A stretch of 41,290 bases of DNA from the NCBI GenBank assembly GCA_029288865.1, contig JARIGM010000021.1, forward strand, positions 1 to 41,290, in the 5' to 3' direction. Under the pieces are notes generated by a model that saw only the letters and a list, made by a program, of their open reading frames with translations, made no database searches and was not told where the DNA came from. The DNA comes from Candidatus Kaiserbacteria bacterium. Lineage in GTDB: Bacteria; Patescibacteriota; Minisyncoccia; Phycocordibacterales; Phycocordibacteraceae. Positions 1-7,626 of the stretch are shown here, piece after piece (position 1 is the first letter of the stretch; each line of letters starts with the position of its first letter). The translations under genes were made by a program, and so were the position numbers.

Positions 1-141
1 ATAGCTGAGGAAACCTTGATCTTTCGACGTGCGGGGTTCTCACCCGCATTGTGGTTACTTGTACCTGCATTCTCACTTCCGTACGCTCCACCGTGGGTCA
101 CCCCTTGGGCTTCATCGCAGAACGGAACGCTCTCCTACCGC

Positions 142-662
142 TTGTGCATTTCATAGAGGGCACGAGTGTTGTTTGAAAGAACATGAAATATGTCGCAAAT
201 GACTGGACTCGAACCAGTATTCCTGCGCTTGATGGCAGTGCTCTACCATTGAGCTACATTTGCACATATTCAGAAACACACTCGCACCAAACGAAAGCGA
301 AGACAGAGGTGTAATGGCATTACGATGGTTCGTTTCTTTAACGCGGTCGAGCTTCAGACCACAACTTTCAACCTTCTCCAGCTGATCGTCAAAACGAATT
401 CCCACCTTGATTTTTACTTCTGATTCTCATCATCAGTGAAATCACGCTCACAGTGAAGTTTGGACCTCCCCTGTTTCCCCACAAGTTTTTACCGAACATT
501 CACCGCGACACACTGATCCGCGATTACTAGTCCTACTTATGAGATTCATATTACACATCTCGATGATTTAGGTCCGTTAGAACCTCTGTTTCTCGAGACT
601 CCTTTTCAGGACTCCGCCTGCTCTTGAGAGTATCCATCGGACACCCTCTATGAAATGCACAA
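142..662 (-). ncRNA. Intervening sequence (IVS) in 23S helix 45, highly structured, apparently non-coding
   Basis: Inserted between conserved ACCGAAACTGCGGG (~664-677) and GGTAGGAGAGCG (~128-139). Closed by the perfect inverted repeat ttgtgcatttcatagaggg (142-160) / ccctctatgaaatgcacaa (644-662). Nested internal stems 163-177/269-284, 303-310/582-589 and 462-467/570-575. Confidence 0.9.
194..263 (-). tRNA. tRNA-like element (pseudo-tRNA, ambiguous anticodon CAA/TCA) inside the 23S IVS
   Basis: GCAAATG-TA-GCTC-AATGGTA-GAGC-A-CTGC-CATCAAGC-GCAG-GAAT-ACTGG-TTCGAGT-CCAGT-CATTTGC-G. Acceptor, D and T stems are perfect; the anticodon arm is 4 bp plus an 8-nt loop; followed by ACA rather than CCA. 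Confidence 0.8.
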
Positions 663-740
663 ACCCGCAGTTTCGGTATGATACTTAACCCCGATCATCT
701 TCGGCGCAAGAACCCTCGATGAGTGAGCTGTTACGCTATC

Positions 741-772
<32 letters not shown>

Positions 773-1341
773 TCATTGTCAAAGGATTCTCACTTCCTTG
801 AGTTGTACTCAGTATCAATTTAGGGACCTTAACTGGCGATCTAGGCTCTTCCCTTTTTGACTCATGGAGCTTCGCCCCCATAGTCTAACTGCCATGCTGT
901 AACTTCCGGTATTCGGAGGTTGATAGGAATGACGAGATTTCTCCCTGTTCATCCCTTCCAGTGCTCTACCCCCGGAAGGATCACATGACGCCAGCCCAAA
1001 AGCTGTTTCGGAGAGAACCAGCTATTACCAAGTTCGATTAGCTTTTCACTCCTTACCACAGGTCATCCCAACGCGTTGTACGACGTACGGGTTCGGTCCT
1101 CCATCTGTCTTTCGACAAACTTCAACCTGCCCATGGTAAGCTCACTTGGCTTCGGGTCGTATGTATGACACGATCGCGCTATTCACACTCGGTTTCCCTG
1201 AGGCTCCATCCCTTTACGGACTTAGCCAGCGACATACATACACTCGCAGGTTCATTCTTCAATAGGCACGCTGGAATGGATGTAAAACCCACCCCAACCC
1301 TTTGTAAGTACACGGTTTCAGTACTATTTCACTCCCCTCTC

Positions 1342-1387
<46 letters not shown>

Positions 1388-2144
1388 TTAGAAAGTATTT
1401 AGCCTTACCGGTTAGTTCCGGCAGATTCATCCGAGCTATTCATGTCTCGAACTACTCAGGAATAGAAGCACAAAAGAGATTTATATTTCGCGTACGGGGC
1501 CATTACCCTCTGGGGCGTTGCTTCCCAGCAACTTCCGCTATATAGATCCTTTGTAACTTTTGCCATACAAGTATGGAGCTTCTACCCTACAACCCCATAT
1601 ACCGAAGCATATGGTTTGGGCTATCTCCCGTTTCGCTCGCCGCTACTAAGGGAATCGCGAGAGTTGCTTTCTATCTGCTCGAAGCATCGAACAGACAGAA
1701 AGCAACTCGCTGTTGTTTTATTTTCCTCTTGGTACTGAGATGTTTCACTTCCCAAGGTTCGCTCCTCATTCCATACGGAATGGGTAATCCATTAAGGATT
1801 GAGTTTCCTCATTCGGAAATCTTCGGATCAAAGGTTACAAGCCACCTCCCCGAAGCTTATCGCAGGCTAATAACGTCCTTCATCGCCTTTCTAAGCCAAG
1901 GCATCCACCGTGCACCCTTCACGTTTCCTGTGCGGAAACCTGAACACCACAATATCTAATGCAATATCAATTCACGCTATTTCTAGCGGTATTGATTACC
2001 TTTTATACATATTCAGTTTTCAAGGTGCACGTGGACTTTTCAAGAAAAAAGCCGCCTCAGGAGCGGTTAAAAGAGGTCGTTCGACCGTCCTTCATTGACC
2101 CCTCCTAAACAGTGATTTCTTCGTGAATATAGACACGTATAGCG

Positions 2145-2173
2145 AGTATACGCGGCCTGAAATCCCCTGTCAA
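2145..2173 (-). promoter_or_regulatory. Sigma70 promoter for the stand-alone 23S gene
   Basis: Minus strand TTGACA-17 bp-TATACT; a boxA-like CACCTTGAAAACTGAATA lies downstream in the leader (~2010-2028). Confidence 0.8.
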
Positions 2174-2190
2174 ATGGGCAATGTTTCGGC

Positions 2191-2748
2191 CTAGTTACAG
2201 ATTGAAAAGTCGCTCTGGGTGCAGCCCTGGGATATAGAGAAAAAAGGGCCGTATAGGTTTGATCCCGCATGGGAATACGGCGGAGCAGTAACCGGTGGTA
2301 TTTCCACGTAATTATTCCATTTCACCCCGGTCTTATTCGGGGCATTCGTTGCGAGATAGGTACTGAGGACATATTTCGTTCCCCCTCCGTTATAGAGATA
2401 CTCCCCGCAATTTGAGCACATGTATCCTTCCCCCTTACCATTATATGGATCGACTGGGAGGGTTGAAATATAGGGAGATAATACCGAAGCCAGACTCGCC
2501 CAGTTCGTCGAGTTTCGGGAATCCACTCCGAGCGAGGGGTATGTGCCATTGTGATCGTCCGCATAGAGGGTCAACGCCGTTGAGATTTGCTTAAGCTGAG
2601 CCTCGCGCTGCGCATCATCGGCTTTCTGTCGGGCATTATTGAGCGACGTGAGAATGACTGATGAAAGAATGCCTATTATCGCGATGACGACAAGCAATTC
2701 TATGAGAGTGAATCCTTTCATTCCTTTACGCTGCAGATTCTTTACCAT
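2191..2748 (-). CDS. Type IV pilin / GspG-like prepilin
   Basis: KG|FTLIELLVVIAIIGILSSVIL N-methylation motif, ARQKADDAQR helix and LPVDP motif; start taken at MVKNLQRKGMKGF. Confidence 0.9.
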   Translation of the reverse strand: MVKNLQRKGMKGFTLIELLVVIAIIGILSSVILTSLNNARQKADDAQREAQLKQISTALTLYADDHNGTYPSLGVDSRNSTNWASLASVLSPYISTLPVDPYNGKGEGYMCSNCGEYLYNGGGTKYVLSTYLATNAPNKTGVKWNNYVEIPPVTAPPYSHAGSNLYGPFFSISQGCTQSDFSICN

Positions 2749-2791
2749 TCTTTCAGAATACCACTGACCTGGAGCTAAATTTATCTTAATC

Positions 2792-2823
2792 AACACAAAA
2801 AGCCCTTTCGGGCTTTTTGTGTT
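2792..2823. terminator. Rho-independent terminator (after the CmpX-like gene)
   Basis: aacacaaaaagccc-tttc-gggctttttgtgtt hairpin with A/T tails. Confidence 0.7.
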
Positions 2824-2841
2824 CTCCCTTGTGAATGGAGA

Positions 2842-3519
2842 CTAACGCATCTCTTCACGCATGTGCTTGATCGTGTCTGCAGCTGCCTGCTGACCGCCAA
2901 GGCCGAATGCGAGACCGAATGCGAGCGAGAACGCCACCACGACCCCTGTGAAGAGCGTCTGGATGAATGGCGTGACGCCGAGCTGGTCAAGCGCTGCAAG
3001 AAGAGCGAATATCCAGATAGCCCAACGAGCGATCAAACCGAGCAGGTTCGCTGAGCGAACGTTCGCTGCGGCCGCTGATCCCGAGATAACGCGCTGCGCA
3101 GCATTTGCGAGTACTGCTGCAACCATAAGGATAAGCACTGCGATGATGACATGAGGGAGATACGTCAGTACAACAGAACGAAGGAATGCTGTGACATCAG
3201 TGAGACCCAAGATGTCGAGAGATGCGAGAAGGAAAACGATGATAAAGAACCATTTCACCAAGAAGCCGAGGAACGCGCCCGAGTTCAATTTCCAACCAGC
3301 ACGCTCGACGACACGGTCGACGCCGGCCGTACGAAGGGCCTTGTCCACATGTATCGCATGCACTGCCTGCGATACCAAGCGACCGAGCCCAGCTCCGACA
3401 AGCCAGCCGACAACGAAGATGATAATGGCGAACAAAAGGTTCGGAAGGAAAAGCACAAGTCCGTACGCGAGGTTCTGGAACGACTGCGTCAAGACATCAG
3501 CCCACGTAGTAATAATCAT
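2842..3519 (-). CDS. CmpX-like / MscS-associated TM-helix repeat membrane protein
   Basis: Two repeats of FLPNLLFAIIIFVVGWLVG / YLPHVIIAVLIL and C-terminal FGLAFGLGG, typical of the CmpX family. Confidence 0.8.
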   Translation of the reverse strand: MIITTWADVLTQSFQNLAYGLVLFLPNLLFAIIIFVVGWLVGAGLGRLVSQAVHAIHVDKALRTAGVDRVVERAGWKLNSGAFLGFLVKWFFIIVFLLASLDILGLTDVTAFLRSVVLTYLPHVIIAVLILMVAAVLANAAQRVISGSAAAANVRSANLLGLIARWAIWIFALLAALDQLGVTPFIQTLFTGVVVAFSLAFGLAFGLGGQQAAADTIKHMREEMR

Positions 3520-3608
3520 AGTAGTAAAAACGAATCGTTAACGAGCCAAAGGCTGTGTTTATAAAGGCTTCCGCAGGTGAAATGCCTGCCTCTATAAAGT
3601 GTAGCAAG

Positions 3609-4181
3609 CTACTGCATGCCTATCTTGTCGAAGATGACGCGGTGTGGATAGTCAAAAATGTCCCGAACGAGGCGGTCATAGACGCCGACTCGATAACGGA
3701 AATCCTCTGTGGAGAAGGATGCGTACCGCAGTTCACGCCCTAATTCAGCCTCGAGCTCGTGAATAGACTTTTCAAGGCGTTTTTCGTCGAGCTTATCCCC
3801 TACTACTATAATGTCAGCTTTTGTCTCGATAGCACCCGTGAAGAGACCTGAAAGAGTGACCAGGCGCAGATTCCCTGCTTTTTTTATCTCTGTGACAATA
3901 CGCAGATCACCCACTTCTGTCGTATCTCGCAAGAATACCAGGAGCGGTTGGTAGTGAACGAATCGCTTATTGGCGATATAAACTACCCCGTCCTTCCCTG
4001 CCTTCTTGCGAATGATGCGGGACGTGAGCAACACTTTCATCTCTTTTCGAGCAGAGTCCTTCGGGACATTCACGCGGAATGCAGCATCCGTTACCGAGAA
4101 ACCTGCATCGTCATTAAAGAGGAATAATCTGAGAAGCTTCAGTCGAGCTGAAGAACTGAACAAGCGAGCCAAGGGATCCAT
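3609..4181 (-). CDS. Conserved hypothetical protein: winged HTH plus degenerate nucleotidyltransferase-like domain
   Basis: N-terminal LFSSSARLKLLRLFLFN wHTH-like segment; C-terminal SGLF...ADIIVVGD...ELGRELRY resembles the minimal NTase fold; start at MDPL (TAGAAT 7 nt upstream). Confidence 0.6.
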   Translation of the reverse strand: MDPLARLFSSSARLKLLRLFLFNDDAGFSVTDAAFRVNVPKDSARKEMKVLLTSRIIRKKAGKDGVVYIANKRFVHYQPLLVFLRDTTEVGDLRIVTEIKKAGNLRLVTLSGLFTGAIETKADIIVVGDKLDEKRLEKSIHELEAELGRELRYASFSTEDFRYRVGVYDRLVRDIFDYPHRVIFDKIGMQ

Positions 4182-4225
4182 TCCGAGCATTCTACCTCGC
4201 CTGGCAGGTACCCGCAAAGCATTGA

Positions 4226-4289
4226 CAGAACCAGGAAATACAAAAAGCAGCCCTAAATGACGGGCTGCTTTTTGTATTTCCTGGTTCTG
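4226..4289. terminator. Long (28 bp) perfect hairpin terminator after rplL
   Basis: cagaaccaggaaatacaaaaagcagccc / gggctgctttttgtatttcctggttctg. Confidence 0.75.
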
Positions 4290-4291
4290 GA

Positions 4292-4771
4292 TTATTTGAG
4301 GGTAACCTTTGCGCCAGCCTCCTCAAGCTTTGCCTTGAGAGCTTCTGCATCGTCCTTACCGACATTCTCCTTCACCATCGAAGGTGCGCCATCGACAAGG
4401 TCCTTCGCCTCCTTAAGGCCGAGACCAAGGATTTCCTTGACTGCCTTGATGACTGCGATCTTGTTGCCTCCTGCGTCGGTGAGCTCGACATTCATCGTGC
4501 TCTTGCCTTCGTCAGCTGCTGCGCCGCCTGCTGCAGGTCCTGCAACTGCGACAGCTGCTGCTGATACGCCGAACTTCTTCTCGAACACCTTAACGAGCTC
4601 GTTGAGCTCAAGAACGGTCATCGCCTCGATTTCAGCGACGATCTTCTTGAATTTCTCAGGAACTTCAACTGTTGCTTCTTCTGCTGCCGGCGCTGCAGGA
4701 GCAGGAGCCGCTTCCATTTCTGGAGCCGTCTCAACTACTTCTTCAGCTGGAGCTGTTGTTGTCTCATCCAT
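4292..4771 (-). CDS. rplL: 50S ribosomal protein L7/L12 with acidic N-terminal extension
   Basis: [55 protein letters not shown]. Confidence 0.97.
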   Translation of the reverse strand: MDETTTAPAEEVVETAPEMEAAPAPAAPAAEEATVEVPEKFKKIVAEIEAMTVLELNELVKVFEKKFGVSAAAVAVAGPAAGGAAADEGKSTMNVELTDAGGNKIAVIKAVKEILGLGLKEAKDLVDGAPSMVKENVGKDDAEALKAKLEEAGAKVTLK

Positions 4772-4794
4772 ATGATTTCAGTACGGTTTATAAT

Positions 4795-5301
4795 TTAAGC
4801 CTTTTTCTCGGCAATCTGATTAAGAACGATTGCGAGACCCTGGATAGGTGAATTGATCACGTTCACGAACATGCCACGGAGAACAGGTACCGGCGGAATA
4901 GTCGCGATGGCATTCATGCCATACGCATCCTGGTACGAGTTCTCGAAGATACCTCCCACGATGGAAAGAGACTCCTTGTGCTTCTTGCTGTGCTCGTAAA
5001 TATTGCGTGCGACAAGCGTCGGATCGCCAGAACCTGCTTCCGCAGAACTCCATGCGATTGCGATCTCTCCAGGAAGCTCAGGCAATGTGCCTGTGTATCC
5101 CTTCGATGAAAGCGCGTGACGAATGAGTGTTTTCTTTGCAACCAAGTACTGTACCCCTTCGCTCTTCAGCGCCTTACGCATCGCGCTCGTGTCCCCCATG
5201 GAAAGTCCCTTGAAGTGCACGAACACGACTGATGCTGCATCAGCAATAGCGTCACCTACCTTTGCGACGATTTCTTGCTTTTTTGCTTTAGTAATTGCCA
5301 T
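4795..5301 (-). CDS. rplJ: 50S ribosomal protein L10
   Basis: KKQEIV...FKGLS...MRKALK...VAKKTL; directly upstream of rplL; start MAITKAKK. Confidence 0.95.
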   Translation of the reverse strand: MAITKAKKQEIVAKVGDAIADAASVVFVHFKGLSMGDTSAMRKALKSEGVQYLVAKKTLIRHALSSKGYTGTLPELPGEIAIAWSSAEAGSGDPTLVARNIYEHSKKHKESLSIVGGIFENSYQDAYGMNAIATIPPVPVLRGMFVNVINSPIQGLAIVLNQIAEKKA

Positions 5302-5324
5302 AGATTGGTGTTGTGTACGAAACG

Positions 5325-5450
5325 GAAAAGCCCCGCTCCTTTGCAGGAAACGAGACCGTGGAGACATCGACGCCTTCTGATCCTGAGATCAGAAGTAGTT
5401 CCTCGGCCGGTCTTCTACTCCCTTCGGAGTTGCCAGCTGTCTTCGGTCCG
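5325..5450 (-). promoter_or_regulatory. L10 leader (autoregulatory cis-RNA)
   Basis: Minus strand GACCGAAGACAGCTGG...CCGGCCGAGG...CTCCACGGTC matches the recalled L10-leader kink-turn consensus, directly upstream of rplJ. Confidence 0.75.
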
Positions 5451-5467
5451 TACAAACGCACTATACC

Positions 5468-5569
5468 TTATGGCGTGGGAACCGTAAAGATATGCAGGAG
5501 CAGGAGCGCTCCTACCAGGATGAAGGCGAATCCACCCACGAATTTAATAAAATCCGTAAAGTACGTCAT
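5468..5569 (-). CDS. Small single-TM protein, 33 aa (MTYFTDFIKFVGGFAFILVGALLLLHIFTVPTP)
   Basis: Hand-translated ORF below the track cutoff; one hydrophobic helix; extended -10 TGaTATGCT 7 nt upstream of the ATG. Confidence 0.55.
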   Translation of the reverse strand: MTYFTDFIKFVGGFAFILVGALLLLHIFTVPTP

Positions 5570-5614
5570 TTCATATAGCATATCATGCGCCCCGCCGAGC
5601 CTGTGTATAAAACA

Positions 5615-5642
5615 AAAAACCACCCTTGCGGGTGGTTTTTTG
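5615..5642. terminator. Terminator after the surface protein gene
   Basis: aaaaaaccaccc-ttgc-gggtggtttttt. Confidence 0.75.
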
Positions 5643-5685
5643 TTCACTAACTAATCAGTCAGGTGATTTAGATCCGAGCTAAGAA

Positions 5686-7626
5686 TTAGCTGTGGAGGTA
5701 AACCGGGCCAGTCTGGTAGTTGGTTGTAAGTGAGGTTGACGATGCTGCTACAGTAGCGTCGGTCGTTCCATAGTGGAAGCTATCGAGGATCGCGCTAAGA
5801 GAAGCGTTCGTACCTGCAGGTACAGTTACCGTTACAGTGATGCTCTTTGTCTGGCCGCTGTGAACAACATAGTTGTTGCTGTTGCCAGAGCTGGTGTCAG
5901 CTGTAGAAGTGAGAGCAGTCGAAGATGCGACAGTGCTTGTAGCCGTTCCGTTTGCAAGGAGGCGACCACTAACAGCTACGCTTCCAGTCTTCGAGAAGTA
6001 AACATCCTGACCAAACGCAGTTACGTTGAAGGTGAAGGTGAAGTTACCCTGCTGAGTACCAGATGTACCAACTGAAGTTGCAGTTGCAGAAGTTACAGGG
6101 TTGGTGTCGAAGCTAAGTCCGATGGTGCGGAAGGTAATTGCATTACCAGTAACAGTACCGGTTACGCTAACCTGATCACCATTTGCATTCTCAGCATCGA
6201 AGTTACCTGCGGTGTTGATAGAAACCTTTACAGAAGATCCTTCTGGTACGACTGCGCCGTCAACTGAGTTGATATCAGCCTGTACCGAGAAGCTCTGGGT
6301 TGAACCAGCTGGAATCTTGATGTTGAGGTTCTTGAACGTGAAGTTGTTCGATGCACCAGCACCAATGCTCTCAGTGTCAATCAAAGTTGAACCCTGGTAG
6401 AGCTTGAAGCTGCGAACGATGTTCGTAGCAGTTGCGCTGGTTGTAGCGACAGTTGCTGGGATCGTGTACACGCTCACATCTGAATCCTTCGCCTGGAGGG
6501 TGAAGGTGGTAAGAACTACGCCAGAAGTCTGAGCGTTAGTGCTTGCCTGTACAGTTGAGACCTGTGGGTTGTCAGAACCAGTTGAGAGAACGAGGCTACC
6601 AGTGGTGTTGTTGGAAACCGAAACGGTTGCCCAAGTAGTACCAGTGGTTGAGTACTGCTGAAGACCCATAGCGTCAGTAGCGCGAACGCCCTGAGATGCG
6701 AGAGTTACAGAGTATGTACCACCTGCGTTGCTGTTGCTGATAGCGTTCTGAGTAGAAAGCATCAAGTAGTAATCAGCTGTAGTATCCATCTTTACAACGT
6801 CCTTGAGGCCGTCGAATCGGATGCGGTAGATCTGATTGCTGTTTGAAGCTGTTCCATCTTCGCTCCAGTTGCTCATGTTAGAAGCATCGACTGAAGCAAC
6901 AGTCGTGTTTCCATGCATGAGAGTAGCCGTCTTGAAGATGCTCCATGGGTGCGTAGCACCTGAACCAGCGCTGAGGTATACATCGTAGTCAACACGGCTG
7001 ACAGCGAGGTCAGAGCCAGTTGCCTTGAACTCGAAACCATAAATGGTGTCAGAGTCAGATGCATTGAGCGAAGTGTTGGTTGCACCGACAATCTTGAAGT
7101 TGTCGAGAGAACCTTCACCACCTGAAAGAGTACCAGTGGTGGTTGTACCGCCAGTAGTAGTCGTAGTCGTAGTGGTGGTTGATCCACCCATAGAAGCTAC
7201 CTTAGCGCGCGTAAGCGGACCGAAGTAACCTGCTGCTGGTGAAACACCGTTAGCTGCCTGCCATGCTGCGAGAGCTGCCTTCGTCTGTGCACCGAAGTAT
7301 CCGGTTGCGCCAGCTGAGATGGTGAAGCCCTTGCCGATAAGCCAGGTCTGAAGAGCTGTAACATCAGTACCATGTGATCCGATCGTAAGATCGCGAGTGA
7401 AGGTAGCTGAAGTAGTCATAGAACCGCCCTGTGAAGCTGAGAGCATAGCCTGAAGCGATGCGATCTGAGCTGTAAGAGCTGCGATCTGAGCTGCGTAGTC
7501 AGTTGATGAAGTCGTAGTTGTTGTAGTCTGAGCTGCTGCAGGAACTGCGGCAATGAGAGACATAGCAACGAGACTTGCACCAGCGACTGAAGCACCAGTC
7601 TTCGCGATGAAGTTTGCAATAGTCAT
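5686..7626 (-). CDS. Large secreted Ser/Thr-rich surface protein with peptidoglycan-binding domain (S-layer-like)
   Basis: Signal peptide; IAALTAQIASLQA coil; PG-binding repeats TRDLTIGSHGTDVTALQTWL and GYFGAQTKAALAAWQAANGV..GYFGPLTR; beta-rich Ig-like remainder. Confidence 0.85.
   Translation of the reverse strand: MTIANFIAKTGASVAGASLVAMSLIAAVPAAAQTTTTTTSSTDYAAQIAALTAQIASLQAMLSASQGGSMTTSATFTRDLTIGSHGTDVTALQTWLIGKGFTISAGATGYFGAQTKAALAAWQAANGVSPAAGYFGPLTRAKVASMGGSTTTTTTTTTGGTTTTGTLSGGEGSLDNFKIVGATNTSLNASDSDTIYGFEFKATGSDLAVSRVDYDVYLSAGSGATHPWSIFKTATLMHGNTTVASVDASNMSNWSEDGTASNSNQIYRIRFDGLKDVVKMDTTADYYLMLSTQNAISNSNAGGTYSVTLASQGVRATDAMGLQQYSTTGTTWATVSVSNNTTGSLVLSTGSDNPQVSTVQASTNAQTSGVVLTTFTLQAKDSDVSVYTIPATVATTSATATNIVRSFKLYQGSTLIDTESIGAGASNNFTFKNLNIKIPAGSTQSFSVQADINSVDGAVVPEGSSVKVSINTAGNFDAENANGDQVSVTGTVTGNAITFRTIGLSFDTNPVTSATATSVGTSGTQQGNFTFTFNVTAFGQDVYFSKTGSVAVSGRLLANGTATSTVASSTALTSTADTSSGNSNNYVVHSGQTKSITVTVTVPAGTNASLSAILDSFHYGTTDATVAASSTSLTTNYQTGPVYLHS

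Noticed and set aside
223-238. UGA-decoding tRNA indicating genetic code 25
   Set aside because: TGA is used as a genuine stop here (tmk, ileS, recO, tatD), long ORFs are intact under code 11, and the anticodon loop is malformed.
151-405. 84-aa ORF inside the IVS as an IVP or homing endonuclease
   Set aside because: GTG start, no LAGLIDADG, GIY-YIG or four-helix-bundle motif, and it runs through the tRNA-like element and terminal stem; better explained as structured RNA.
142-662. Group I or group II intron
   Set aside because: I could not find P7 core or domain V motifs or GUGYG/AY ends; the perfect terminal stem at helix 45 fits an IVS. A cmscan is still needed to exclude a divergent intron.
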